Shown: positions 23,101 through 38,170 of the stretch, in pieces
Position numbering within the stretch: position 1 is the first letter of the stretch
Layout: every line of letters begins with the position of its first letter
Source of the DNA: Ophelia neglecta
Lineage: Eukaryota
Length of the DNA stretch: 64,000 bases
Assembly: GCA_965285935.1 (NCBI GenBank)
Contig: OZ260667.1
Span: 44,330,001-44,394,000 of the forward strand
Direction: 5' to 3'
The notes under the pieces: model-generated
Database searches by the model: none
What the model was told of the DNA's origin: nothing
The model's input: only the letters and a program-made list of their open reading frames with translations
Position numbers and translations under genes: made by a program

Positions 23101-26100
23101 TTAAACCATTAAATGTCCATTTCTCTAAAACGCTCTATCACAAAGGCCAATTGCGTGCCACGATCGATTCCGGTTAGAAGCCAATAAATATCACTTTAAT
23201 GTGTGTAACCCATTTCGAGAGGCAATAATCAAAGGATCACAGTAATATCAATATTGTGGACATTTATCTTAAATTTAAATTAACGATATCAGTGAATTCA
23301 TTTGAAAAGTCGATTATGTACATAAACTTATACACACACTGAGAGAAACCGCTAGCATACTATCAAAAATAACGGCTAAAATAAGCATAACTAACATCAC
23401 TATATATAGTCAAATGAAATATAAATAGCAAAGTATAATCATTAACTTGTTACCACATAGCTAAAGTATCCTATATATATATATATATATATATCCTTAA
23501 ATAGACTATTACTCACAGCTCTTTAAAATGTACTTTTCAAATTACCATGTCTTCTCAAATATTCCCATCTCATCCACATATAATTGATACTATATTGTGG
23601 CACAAGGCATATAGGCAAAATAAACTAAAACAAACTGGTGGGACTGGCCAACTATGCGACAGCATTTAATGTTAAGAGTTATTTTCTCAAATATCAAAAA
23701 GCCCATTGCTATGTACTAGCTTCTAAGGCATGATCTCAGTAACATGCGCAGCTGTTAGAGCGAATAGTGGTTAAATGGAAAGCAATGTTTAAGTAATGCT
23801 ATGATATTAATCACCTGATTTAACAGTTCAAATGAATTGATAAGAAAATGATTATATAAGATCGGTGTCGGATCCAGGAATTTTACAGCTGACTAGGAGC
23901 TTGTTTCTTGAGCTCACCCCGCTGTATAGCTGAGAATGTATGAACAAGACCCCCCACCCCTCACCCCACCCCCACGCCACCTCCCAAGAAAGGTCCGCCC
24001 TCCTCCGCCCTCCTCTAGTTAGCATACAATTTATAGTCAAGCATTTTACCTAAAGTGGTTAATTGTTATGGCGAATCGGCCCACCTCCAAACTAAAAGTA
24101 GTGAAGACTTTAAACCGTCTCTCTTCACTTAAAACCTTCCTTACTTTTAGTTGGGAAACGTGAAGATTAGTAACCTCTATTAACTAAAATAGCGAGCGTT
24201 TAATAACAATATCAATCTGCATACATTCGTTATTAATATAGGCCTATATGTGTTATGAAATATCAATACCTAAGCAAGTACAAGTAAAATATCCATTTAA
24301 GATTAGTTTGCCTTATATGGGCACACTTCCGGTTCCGCTGATCACTCAGGTAGACTGTTCCACTGACAATGATGTACATCTCTGCGTTCAACTCAAATTG
24401 TTTGGAAAAAAGTCTGGACGCAGATATATACACCAACGTACAGCTGGAAGTCAAGAGAAAGATCCCACGTGTATATATGAGAGGCGAACTATCCTCGATC
24501 TTATCTTCACCGGCTTATAATCCTGTAGCACCAAAAGGGGAAAGTACCGTGTGGTTCTCTTCTACCTGCAACAAATAAAAGAACTTGGGTAACTAAAGGG
24601 GTATACACGAGAACTGCAGACGTAAAACGATATTATGGAGTGATCCGTCGAATAAAAACCGCGGCAGCAAAGCAGACGCCAGATTGAAGAGTTTTTAAAG
24701 CATAAAGAATGCCCTGAAGCAGACGGCTGATGAGAAGGGGGTGCGTGCTGGACTCTACCTCGAGACTGGAGCTCGAACTAGAAGGACTGGATCGGTGTCC
24801 CGACTAGTTGCCCTGTGTTTTATTACGGCGCCGAGCGCAAACAAGCTCTCAACGCTTCTTTGAAAGCTGCATTTATGTATTAAAATATGAGCAAGTAATT
24901 GTGATTGAATTCGTAATACACGCAACGGCACATTCTGTAAGGTGCGGCGCCGAGGTAAATATGAATCCAATATGCCGATAGCAACACACAACAGAATTAA
25001 TGCATTTCCCCTGTGAATAATCCTGGCCGCTCTAGGAAACGTGGGAACTAAATTAAAGCCTGCCAAACAGTAGCGAGCATTTTGGCTCAGCAAGAATGAA
25101 GCACAAGAATCGGTCTGTGGCTATAAAGCTGCTTGATTTCGGAATTAGACAGAAACGCTCAGGCCTGCAATTAAAGTTTTAATCGTTCCTATTGTGCACG
25201 GTTGTTTTGTATGATGCACATCGATCGGTGGCATTCAGTTCACAGGAAACTGGCTGCACTCGTGTGAGAGAAGCAATGCCTATACAGAGCTCTGAATACT
25301 TCTTGAACATTCTGAGAGGGCCGGTTAATCTTGTGGGACAAAGGTGGGTTCGATCTCCTGGGTACCAATGGAGAGGGCACGTGGCCAGTTATTGAAGAGC
25401 ACGGCTGGTGGTGGAATATACCGGTCGGTCTAACCTCCTCGCCTCCGCAGCCAGCCTTCCGGCGAGGCATGCGTCCCACACGGGCACGGCTTGGGCTTCA
25501 GCCAAAAGTACTTGTTTGCCTCCAGAACAATAAGCAAGCGCAGAAAACCTTATAACATATTAAATAGAACAACAGACTTGATATCAGATTCGGAAATGAA
25601 CACCTTGAAACTAAACCTTCTGACTAGATTTCTAGATGAATCGTTCATTATTGGTTATCTGTCAGTTTTCAATTAAATTCTGACGATTTGGTTCGCAAAC
25701 GCTCTCTCCTGTGCTTCATTTTTTTTCTCATTAATACAACCTCGTCGCCATTTTATTCTCGCTGGTTCTGCCGGTGCCTAGGTCGAGAATTCACCTGACC
25801 CTGTGCACCAACTTTAAGGCAGAGCATAGCTGCATGTGAATTTTATTCTTCTGAAAAGCCTCAGAAAACTGGACACAAAATCACAGACACCTAAAGCGGT
25901 GATCATTGCGATAGAGATAAGTACACATAAACATAAATGTGGTTATGCTTGGCCTCAAACCACCACCCTGAACGCCAATGTATATCGATCTCGCGTGTCA
26001 TGCTACCAACGACAAGTCTGCAAATTATACCAACCATGAAAAGAGCCCATCAGCGTGCCCTGCTCGGCCACGGTTAGATGAGTCAGCCGACAACTGGGCC

Positions 26101-29100
26101 TATATGCTCGGGCAAAGTAACGCCGATATGGATCAAATTCCTTTCAAAGGGCCGGTGGAAAATGGTTTGTGCGCCGTGCTAGAATGCGCATTCCAATGAT
26201 CTGCCATGACCGATCCATGATTAAAAACTATCTAGCTTAACACAGATTCTAATTTACAGAAAAACATCAAGAGTTAAGCAGATTAAAGTAACTGATTAAT
26301 CCCAGTATCCTTGATAAATGAAGAAACGTATCTGTACCATTTATGAGTAATCGTAGAGGTCTTGGAGTAGACTAAGAGATCATCAATATAATGTAAGAAA
26401 ACCGCTGTAAGTTGGGATAAACTCACCAGGAATCCATTGATCCGTGTCACCCGTAGGAAACGTGCCAAACGATGACAAAATACTATTTCAGATCAAACAT
26501 TTAGTTAGTTAAGCTAGTAAATAAACCAGCTTAAAGTCTACAGTGTTCTTTGCTATCCATATGGCAGCGCCCCATAGACCCCTGAGCGGTAGTCTTCTAG
26601 TCTCGATCCGTGGTGTTCAAAGGCCAGTACACTTCTGTCAAACCGATGACCCTTGGTTCCCTTTATAGGCCTACCTTTCTGTACAAATATCACAGTCGAT
26701 GTCGGGTGAGACCTGTCCAATCATGTCTCAAAACGAATGTGCAATAAAATAATCGACTTGAATCCAAAACGCCTCCACTAGGCTTTTACGGAATCCATCG
26801 AATTCATCCTCGGATGAATACATTTAACCAAATCTGATGACCTGCCTCATTGAATTAGTAAATCCGACGCGCTTGAGCGACATGTGTTCAGAGACCGAGG
26901 TGAAATGGAATTATATGGCTATATCGTAGGCATGGAGAACTGATCAAAATAAGTACCGTCCTTTTTGGTATCGATCAAAAGACGACGGTTGAACGTTAGC
27001 GGCGTATTAACAGTTCTATAGCCGGATGATCTGCCTGGCTGCCTGGCTATAGACAGCCCGCCGGGAGCTCGGAATACTGCCTGCCAGAATACAAACCCAT
27101 CTATTATCTTACAGAACATGTATCAGCCTGGTGATGCCTCGTGCGATGAGTTAAAACATGTTGAGTGTTTCTATTCAGAGAAATAGATATAGGTGCAGTT
27201 TCACGCCATGATTATAATCTATAAAACGGTTGATAAAAGCACCCAATCGTGACAAAAACTCTGCAGCATGCCTTCGATGTGGAATGCTATCCTATAGAAA
27301 ATATTAAAATCTCTATAGGCCTATGTTGTGAAAGAAATCCATAGGTTAGACCGTCCGATATCTATTGTCAGTTTTTGAGGTTGAACACGGAGGTATTCTG
27401 TGAAGTAACAGCCACGAGAATAGCCAGCGTGCTCAAAGAGATTAATTTCGAACTCAAAATCAAATTAGCCACCGCAGGCAAACCTTTACATTTCGTTTCC
27501 AAATTGCATATTGACATCATGCCAGGTTAATTAATCGATTAACTGGAACCAATTAGCCATAGTGTAATTTCTGTAGTCACACACGTGCTCCCTTTTTGGA
27601 TATCAAACAGTCAAGAAGATAGATCAAATTATGAATACTAGATATAGAACTTATGTTTATAATATAAAGTAGGTACACTGAATAGTTTATACGTACTTGA
27701 CTGTTATGTTTATTTAAGGAAAATTGTAGGCATCAGTATGTTTGCTGCGCCAGGTCGTCTTTTAATATGCTTATTTGATTTCTTTAATAACAATTGTGGA
27801 CGTTTCTTCAACAGCCAGACAGATCGAGGTTAGCCTTGACAATTTACGAGACTCTGATCGTGGTTATTCCGAGAAAGCTAGCGTTCCAGGTCCCGGTTAT
27901 AATATCAGTAATACCAAGAGATTATCACGCCAATCAGGTAACTTATGTAATGTTACTTTGACGATTATATTGGATCATACCATATGTGTTACACCACTTT
28001 CCATAACATCACTCCTCGCATGGCCAGCAACAATGGGATTTCCACTGCACTTTGTTTAAGCCTACACCTCATAATACTCATGCATTATTTGTACGTACCA
28101 ACCAGCCACAAAAGTCATAGATAAAACTGAAAATCGACGCTTTGCATTGTTTAATTACTGGTTTTACTGTCCGCCCCAATAAACAGATGATAAAAAAGAA
28201 CAATGCGTCCCAAACAACCGAAGTTTGTCTCTCTTGTTTACAGTGGTTAACCTTCTGCGTGTAGCTAGCCTCTGGGAAAGTTTGCATGAAATTGGGGAAC
28301 ATCAGTGTAAACATTTTAAAGAAGAACTGCTAATCTTTGCTTTGTTTTCTCACAAAATTCACCCATTTTATTCGCAGGCTGTGTTGCCTGGAGCTGTATA
28401 TACTAGCAGGAGAAACTTGGCGGTAAATGATCAATGTAATGACAACGTTTGTGTTTATTGACATCAGCCATGGAGAATCTCAGGGGTGGGTTGGATACAA
28501 TTTTCGATAACTACTTTCGACTTGGCAAACATGTCCTTAGAAGAAGGATAAATACAGGCGCCTATCTATTTATCCGTCTTTGGTGCATAAACTTTTAGCC
28601 TAGGGATAATTAGACTTGTATTCTTAATATATATATCAGATCTAATAACTAAAACTTGAATTTCCATTTTTGACTTTTATATTTATACTGGTTGATTTAA
28701 ACGCGGCGTCAGATCGAGGTAACTGTAGAGGCAGCCGACATGAACTTAGCATGCAGGGTAGTCAGAGCCTTCTCAATACCGATTGTGGTTTGACGACCAA
28801 CAGCGAGTCAAGGATCGATTGGATCATCAGGGGGTTTACAGGGGACACACATGGCACCGAGTCCGGCGATGAATGCTGGCCGAGACTCGACCAGGCTAAA
28901 ACTGCCCTTAAGTGTACGTAAAGAATCCCTATAAATGGCATCAACGCATTTTAAAAAACCGGGTGTAGGGTCCTACCAGCCTGAAGAGTCGGTCGAGATA
29001 TAGAAAAACACAAAATGGCGGTTTGGATTTATGAACGGAGGCAAACAGCAAAAAATCGTCTAAGTAATCAACGACTCATGCAAGCCCACGCCCACGTTCA

Positions 29101-30826
29101 CACGTTGCTGTTTTGATCCATTGAATTTTCTTCATTATACCTTGCGTCTCAGGTTCTTTCTAAACATTATGGTACATTTAGCTTTTTGCGACTGTACAGG
29201 ACATGTCATAGCACAGATACAGCATTGGAAACAGTTCTAATTTGAAGTAACTGTTTAACATGCACGCGTCATCTAGATTCTGTACAAAATCATGGAACCT
29301 ATAACCGTAAAAATACATTAATTTCAGGTTTATGTCTTTTGTATTGTGGCATGCTTAAGTCTAATTCATTCAGCCAAGCATTCCCAAATTAAACCTGAAG
29401 AAAGGTAGCGCGGTAAACGGGTACGCTTGGCTTCCCATGATCAATCGAATGCACCACCACCGGTGCAACATTAGTCTCGATCCTGTCACAAATACCGTTC
29501 TTTTAGACATAAATATTAGATTATTTATGAGACTTCTCCATGATTGGCAAACATGGGTGTACATGATTAACTGAGACATAATGGCCAATCGCCGGTTTTC
29601 TATTCTGTGACAACGGAAAGCAGGTGGTAATATAAATATAAAGCTTGTTCAGAAAATAATGGCGGTTCCCTGGTGGCAAAATTTCCATTATATGGCTTTA
29701 TATGGGATTGAAGGCAAACGCGTGCCGCGTCGGTATGCCAAAGCAGGCTGCCTCTTGCATAATTAACGAAGTACGCTCATCTAGTGAAAATTTCATGGCT
29801 TGCCTTATGAACCATGTCCACTTTTGGGACAGGTTCTCTATTCACCTCGATTGTTACGCTGTTGTAGCGTGGCACAATCTGTAGAGCGAGGCGGCAGCAG
29901 CTACAACAGAGTCAAGAACAACAGCGAATCAATGCAGGTATTACAAACAGCGTTCTCGATGGTGGCTCCTGACAACTGAAACTACATCAATCATGCATAA
30001 GTAAAGCAGCTCTTTGTTAAAAGAAGACAATTGTGGACAAAGGGGGGCTCGGGATGAGCCGTCGAACGGGACATTCTGTGTTTGATGGCAATTATCCGAA
30101 GCAAAAGTGTGACATTTATGGAACAAAGCCCATTTTTTTTCCATAAAACAATGCCAATACAAACAAGTATAGCTGTGAGCATACATTTCAACTTACTTTT
30201 TTTGGCACATAGGCCAGATCAAAAGAGTATAGAAAATGGCCTAAGGTACACAATGAACCAATACCTTGTTCTGAAAAGCAATCATATTCCGGATCCCGGG
30301 AAATCAGAGTTAAACACATTTGGTGCGTGACTGGACGGCCACTAATTCTAACATGTTCAGAAGAACGTTGATTAATTCTTCCCCGAACTGGCCGTTCTAC
30401 CACGCACCTGTCCAATTTAAGCCACTGCCAACTTCAATATTCACGACATGCATAGGCCTACATTGAGACAAATTATCCCTAGTCACTCTTTCCATATAAT
30501 TATTGTTAGAAAGTAAAACGATGTATAAACACATAAGAATCTATAGACAATATAGACAAGTATATATATATATAAGAAACCTGATACAAATAAACACACG
30601 GTATGATTCTATATTGGGACAAGACTTGGATCGTATATACATGTATATGGACTTTACTGTGTGCCTCTGGTTCTCCCCAGTTCAACCGGTCTTATCCCAG
30701 ACGACAGAAGCTCTCGGCTGGAGACTTTGTTTACTGAGTTGTAGAGGACACGCTGTGATATTTTGATTCCACGATTAAGCAAATATGGCAGTGGACCAGA
30801 TATTGGTCCTTCTAAGATTGACTCAC

Positions 30827-31140
30827 CTGCCTCGAGAGCTTTCCGTCGTCGGCCTTTGGAACTGTGTACCTTGTTGTCTCGGGTCGATAGTGTCGGTTGC
30901 TGGGGAGTTTGATGCGAACATGGTGAAGTTGATCTGGGTGTGGGGACACATGAGGGCCCGGTCCAAGCATGCCCTGGGTCCAGGGATCTGGAGACAGCCT
31001 CTCCCCCCACCGACAGGCCGCCTTCTCCGCCGACAGCCCGTAATCATGACCGTGTCGGCTGCTCTCCTCTCACGGGCCAACTCACACGGGCCGCTGGCTT
31101 TCTAGGCATGCGTCGACGGTCTATTGGCGTTGCCATGGCG
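30827..31140 (-). other. GC-rich candidate distal first exon of the TRIM gene; 5' end uncertain
   Basis: CpG/GC-rich island ending in a consensus donor CAG|gtgagt at 30827. The ATG at 31047 gives 73 codons plus 2 nt (phase 2). No other minus-strand gene was seen between here and the TRIM exons. Confidence 0.5.
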
Positions 31141-34100
31141 ACATATTAAAACAGACTGTAGCCGCCAGAGGACTTGATGGACGCAGTCGATATATCGAAT
31201 TTACCTGCCCGAGTGAATGACAGAATCATAGCCAATATCGGTGCCATTTTCTAATAGTCTAAACAATGCCGTGGAATTACTCTTGAATTGTCACGTGGCC
31301 ACAATATTATTTGTGCTCCACGGTGGAAAATCTCCAGGCAAGCTGTAAGCCTATTATGTTTATAACTTTTGATCGGTTTGCTTGGCGTTTAGAAAGGTGA
31401 AAGGTCTATTTGTGTGGATATACCACCGGCATCGCTTTACATTTTCAATCCTTTTTAGACAAGGCCTAATGTATGGTTAGGCCTTTGGGGTCTACCAGGT
31501 GGAAATGCAGAGCGAATGGTTTAGATCATTTTAGACATTGGAGTGTTCCAATCTTTCACCTCAGCTCACTTCATTTGGCACGTAAAATGCTTGTCAATCG
31601 AACTGAGCGCCATCTATCTGACGTTAATCGCTAAACGATTTCGAAGGGGGGTTAAATTTAATTTCAAATGATTTCGCTTTGAGTTCTTTGAAGCCTCTCT
31701 CGGAAACATCGAGTACAGACGCCATTATTGTCGCCAAGAGTAGCTTGGAATCGACTTATTGAAATTTATTTTCCATTTAGCGAGTGATTTCCATGGGGGA
31801 GACCTGTATACCCTCGTAATACGTCGGTAGATCAATATTCTGCATTGTTAATGCCTCATACTCTCGACGGAAGTTTAATGCTTGCCCAGAATATGCAATT
31901 ACGCCTTAGTTTGAAAGTATTAGCCCCGTGAAGGGCCTTTCTCTCAGGGATCGGGTAGCCTTATTGACGTTAGCACAAATAAAAACAGTTGGGGGCAACC
32001 ATGCAATATAGATGTACAGTACCACGAACCAAGCATTGACCGCTGCCTGCAGCCGCCTTTAACTGTATATTGTACACTGAAATACGTTTGTCAAAGAAAA
32101 CGTGTGAATGATAAATGCCATTAAAATGAGCGTGGTCGTTGTGCTGCTTGGTCGCATGCGGGCTTGTGTTGAATTTGATTTCTTTTTTGTATTTGGGAGC
32201 AGCATACACGTAAGTTTGACAGGCCTATGTCGCACGTATACCTGTCCCATCCTATAGGACTATCTATACTTGTTTACAAAAAGCTAGTATTTCATAGTAG
32301 TTTACTTATAACAGCAAGCCTGTTCCTCCCACGCATGTGTCTTGGTCGACAAATACATACTGTTTTTCAAGTAGCCTCACCATCACTTACACTGAGATAC
32401 TGACTTTTGACTACCCTAGTTAGCATATAGGCTAACATTACTTAGGACACCGGTAGATTAGCAAAAGCTTGGTCAAACCTTTCCATTTATTAAAGTGGAA
32501 AGTAACGTTATTATATTAATGAAACAGCAATAAAGTTATTTACAAATGACCAACAGGAAAATCAAGCAAAAACCACGCTTAATGGGAGGGGGGGGGGGGG
32601 GGCGACATTTTATTCAATATGGTTACTTTTATGTATTACTAGCTATAGGCCTAGAACAGGCTTCAGCAGGATGGATTTTTAAAACAGTATTTTCCATTCA
32701 AAGTTCATTACTGGTGTTGTTGATTTCGCTTCTCTTTCTCTGCGTTTTACATTGACGCTAAGGGCTAAAAGTACTTCAGATGAAAATTATGACACATTTA
32801 TTAAGTATAGAAATAACAGTTAGTTTGCAGAGGCAAATTACTAAATCATCCACTCTATGCTTTATTAAACTGTATGCATAATTTTCAGCTCGGAATAAGA
32901 GATAATATGGAGATGAAAATCACATCCCTAGATCATATAGAAAAAAGGAAGAATATGGCGTATTTGTAGCCGGTTTGTTGCACAGGTGCGCCTGCCAGCT
33001 TTAACAAAGTTATAATTATCATTTTGCCTTAGAATTACCCCTCCGACCATCTGGTCAGCCCTACCCATACTTTATGACCAGCCAACCGTACTATCGTAAA
33101 TAACGTATGGCCGGTCGCACAGTCATATGCAATTTAATAGGTGAAAATATCAAAAGTCTTTTGTGATCTAGTTGATGCTATCAAAGTATTGTTAATGTGA
33201 TGAAATCAGGGTTTATTAAAGGCAATTTGGGCATTTTGATCATTGTTACCTAAAGAACTTTTTAAAAGGTAACATATGGCCAACTACACTCCTTTGTCGT
33301 GAGGCTTCTGATGTTGAGTTAGTGTAGAACAAAGTTCTTTTTAAGTTTTCGAGGCATTATAACTTTACATGAATTAATGTCGATTAAATTATGATCTAAA
33401 TCAATTCTCATGCAGATAAAAAAATAGAAAAGAAAACGCAATAACGGAATGGATTTGGTAACTCACGGACACCAACATTTTCTCCCCCCTCCCCCCCCCC
33501 TCCCCCCAACTTTAAATCTATAGAACTCCACTTCCCGATTATATTCTTAAGATTATTTTCACAGTTGTTCACTGGGATGGGGGAGATCCGAAATTACAAA
33601 AATGCATTTTATTTCAAATTTCCTGAAATGGGACGAAATCGTTCTGAGCCCAGACTTGACTTGAGGCCAAATAATATCAAATCAACACTCAACCGTTGGA
33701 GGATTCATCTGGACCACATTTTGTTCAAATTTAAAACAGCCAATAAAACTACAGTTGTTTGGAATCTTCTAAAATTGCGCATTTCTTTAATATATTCGAC
33801 TATTCGGTCTAAAAAGTCTCATTTTGTTTCTAATCGGTGAAATCCCGTTTCCCTGGGTTTTATTCTTGTATTTTGTTGTAAAAAGTCAAAGGCAAATTAA
33901 AAAAGCGACCAGCGAACCAATCGACCAAGAAATCATATTGGCGTGACCAGGTATGCCCGTCGACACCGACACATACACCACACATACAATTTCAGTCCCG
34001 GCAATGGCTCCTTTTCCTGAGTGTTGCTCTGATTTGCATGCATATTGCATACCCCTTGTCGATGAAAGGCAGATGATCCATTCTCGTTAAAGGCAGGTTG

Positions 34101-36862
34101 CTCATAAAGCTATATCCACACATCAGGGGAACACATCCTCCAGCACGACCCGGGTCAATCCCCGCCCCACACAGAAACCAAACAGCCGCTGATGATATCG
34201 CATAGTCGTGTCTCTATCGTATACTTACCTTCTGCTGATGTCAACAACAAGTACTTATGTGCTCATCAAAAGATGGTTATGTCGGACTGTTATGTCGGAC
34301 GGTTGCGAACCGCGATAACATCATCAAGGTGTTAAATTAATGTAATAAATAAACCGTATTGGAGGTAATGATGATGTACAAGTACGGCTAGGTTACCAAT
34401 AAAAATAATGATTTAAAGTATTGCTCCATCAAATTAAGCCCAAAATTCCAGTTTTTTACATATCGTATGACACCTTGAAATATATACTAGCTGTCATCAC
34501 ACCACTTCTAGTTGACCATGTATGCTTGTAATAATATTAATAATTTTAACTGAAAGCATATTTGAACATTATTGAATCTTCCTTCTTTGTTTATGTATCC
34601 AGTGACCAGTGTGGTACAATGCCTGCTGTGAATTACATCACGGTGTTAATTGTTGTGAAAATGAGCAGCACGACGTCGAGGCTATCATCAGCTCGACTAG
34701 TTACTAAAACAGACCCAAAGACAAGTAGGAACTAAATTCTGATTCCAAAGAAATCACACAATTTGAGTTGCATGTGACTAACAGTTAGCTGTTGTCTACA
34801 ACTTCGAAACAAGAAGGCCAGTCAGTAATGTAATGGGTATTTCATGAAACCATATCATGTGCCGCACAATATAGATAAGAAATAGTCAATGTTTCCGCTC
34901 CTTTATTTTATGTGTCAATTTTTCAGTTATTATAAATTGATATAGGCCCCTAAAGCATTATATCATATTATGCAAAAATGTAGTTAGTTACACAAAAACA
35001 AGACCTATTATATGACACCGAACCAGTTATCAGAAATTTTTAAGTCGACGATTTGCCAGTATTGCATATTAAGTTGTCCAATACTGCTTATGCGAGCAAG
35101 TGTAATATATCTTAATTTTACCTCCGCGAAGCAAAGAGCAAGATTGAGAAAACTACATGGGCCGGTCTTATGATTATCAAAGTTGTGTAGCTGACGAGTT
35201 AACCCCCCCCCCCCGCCAGTAACTGTTGTTAACAAGATGACACCTTCCTGTGAGGCAAAAATCACACTCCCTGCACGGAATTAGCAACTGAGTTAAAGGC
35301 GAAATCACAGCTGACCAGTAAACAAGTATCTAGGGGAGTGTTGACCAGATCATTCCTGTGAAAACCGGCTCGATTATTTATGTAAAAGATGAATGGTTAA
35401 ATTTTCAGAGGTCTTTGCTTACATTTACCCTGTATCATGTACTACCAAAATGAGAGGGACAGTACTAGGTAGTTGGGTCGACAACTAAAACGCAAGACCT
35501 TTAAAAACTGTTATAATTAAAGTATTTAAATAACAGTCTTTAAATAAATGTTATTCGGGGTAAGATGTTCTTCTTCTAAAGTTACTACCCGTCTTCGGTC
35601 GTTTTTCATTGCTTTATGTGTCGCCATTATTCTGAAGACCGCTTTTTGTGAGGCATAAATTACCCAGGGCTTTGTATTGATCTGCGAAAATACGGCAGCT
35701 GTCGATTATTGAGAAGGGCAGACAGCGCTGGCTCATATTTTTAGGTGTACCTTTGTTATGTTGCTTGTTTTAAAGGTATTATCAATTGTAAAGATGACGA
35801 ATAGCAGACCAATACGTTATCAGCGGGGTTCCACATCCATAGTTTCTCGCTATTATTCTTTCTCGTATTATTCTGCCTAGGGTTTTTGGCTAGGGAATCC
35901 CACCGGATTTTCAATTGATTATTTCAGGTGCGAATTATTATCCTGGTTACTTAGGTATAGTACAGAACAATGTAGTTGACAATGAAAAGTCCCGAATTCA
36001 ATCAGATAAAACGACAACATGTCCGTTGATTGTTTAAACGAAACATTATTATAATGACTAGGATCTGGTCCACAAGAGTCCCGTGGAGAACCACTATTGC
36101 TCCCCCAATCATCGGCTTCAATACTGCTCTGTTCTCCTGACAAACCATACCCACAACAATTTTGTATTGCCGGCAATAAGTTTCCCATAAAATGCGCTCG
36201 ATTACATTGACAGGGCTTAGTCCCCACTATTATAGTCAGACACGGTATTCTGAGCTAAGTCCTTATTGAGCGTTATTAACCAGCACGAAAGGCGGCTACC
36301 TCACAGCCAGAATTAGCCTCGTGTAGTAATTAATTAATAATAATTTACTGCAGCTACGACTCGCCCCGCTTTTCATGCTCCTGTGCCTTTATTTTCACCG
36401 TCACGCATGCCTGAATCCGTCACGGAAGGCGGCCTCGAGCAATAATGGCCCCTGCAAGAGGTTTATCCTGTAACAAGGAGGGGTCAGTATTGATTATCGA
36501 TTATTGCTGATCTATTCACCGGGATTATGCAATAAACTGCTGGATTATTTATCTTCATGCAACTCAATAAGCGAGGTATTCCCGATACCTGATAAGAAAA
36601 CTGGCTGCCAATTTGAAATGAAAAGGGAACGATAATTATATCATCCATTTGTAACGTATAGGCACATTTTTTTTTGGTGCTGCCCTTCCTGGGGCACAAA
36701 TTAGCCTTTCAACTAGACCAGCTTGATTAAGAAAGAGAAAGTACTCGCCTTAAGACCATTCATGTAAGACTATCAATAACTTAATTCAAAGAAATACATA
36801 AGCTTTTTTGGTCGGACAAATAAATATTAACATTCCACTGAGGGTTTATCTACAATTTAGAC

Positions 36863-36933
36863 GAAATGTGTGTATCATAACTTAATTGTGAACCTTGAAA
36901 TGTGTGTATCATAACTTAATTGTGAACCTTGAA
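36863..36933. repeat. Perfect 34-bp tandem duplication
   Basis: gaaatgtgtgtatcataacttaattgtgaacctt occurs twice. Confidence 0.95.
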
Positions 36934-38170
36934 CGCACATAGTGGTGTAATTTTACATGGTTAGTAAGTCATTATTTTAATTCTAAATAATTTAATGATT
37001 ATCTCAAAATGTCATTTATGCACATTAGAAATTTTGATATTATACCGACCATACGCGAGTTCTGTGAAATCTAATTGTTTAAAGATTCACGTTACTTATA
37101 AAAACACGGAATGTGTTTAATTTGAATATGATTGGTTAAATAAAATTAATTTGAATTCAAATAGGACACCAAAATTACATTCTATGTGAAAACGTGACAT
37201 ATTTTACGCCCTGTGAAATGCTACAGATCTATAGCAAAAGAATAATTACAACAAACAACTAACTTGAACTTGGGAAGGCTTACCAAAATTCAAAATAGTC
37301 GCATTCAATAAGGAAAGTTTGCAAGAAAGTGTATGTTGAAGGCCCTGAGCAAGGGTTATTATTATTATTATCATTATCTTTATTCCTCCAAGAATTGAAG
37401 AGCATTGATGATACATAAGTATGGAAGTAGACAATGAATATAATTGAAAGCACGCACTTAAAAGAAAGGAAAAACAAAGCAATTAAGTTACATTTTCGTC
37501 AGTAGACATATATATGAAAAAAAAAACATCTTGCTTAATTTATCTGAGCACGTTTGCTGTGAAAAAGCTTGCTCAAGAAGCCGGTCAGCATTTAAAGAGG
37601 TGTGGCTTTAAGGGGCCCAAAATAGGACCGAGAACTTAGTGAAGGCTAATTTGTCCAATTGGTCTTCGTTGGCGATGTCCATACATTGTAACTAACATAG
37701 CATTCGTTAGATTGGTGTCGTCCATATTTGATAGTTCTGTACTTGCAATGACTGGTGATGTTGAAATCACCTTACTTCCGTTTCTACTTGTAGAGGCAGT
37801 TTTTGCACAAACGAGGGGGGGGGGGGGGCGGCATGTTTTCACCTTAAGATCCTTACACACACCGTTATCACCACACTGTGTGGTTCCTAATCAGCATTTC
37901 CCACTCCCCACATCACATTGCCCATATATCTGGTCTCCTGCCAAATCGGTTTTTTCCGATCGTTTGTTTGCGCTCTTTTCTCGACCATACCTAATATGTG
38001 TGACATCTCATTCTTAAATTTTACCATTTCTAATAGCAGCTTCCCCGATCTTACACATATATTCCTGGTAATATTGAGCAGACAAGTTGTGCTTAAGCGA
38101 TCTATTAAAAGTGCTAATTGATGCACTGCATATATACACGGCCATTCCCTAAGCAATTTCAGACACTGCG

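Noticed and set aside
24290-24580. Minus-strand acceptor ttttatttgttgcag|GTAGAA as a coding exon or recursive splice site
   Set aside because: Stops in all frames soon after and only weak donors; unsupported without RNA data.
25318-25368. tRNA-like fragment (GGCCGGTTA...GGTTCGATC)
   Set aside because: Too short, no anticodon arm or cloverleaf.
3500-37900. Many short ORFs of 60-140 aa in the ORF track
   Set aside because: No recognisable domains, often non-ATG starts or microsatellite-derived; consistent with chance ORFs, apart from the LINE remnants and candidate exons listed.
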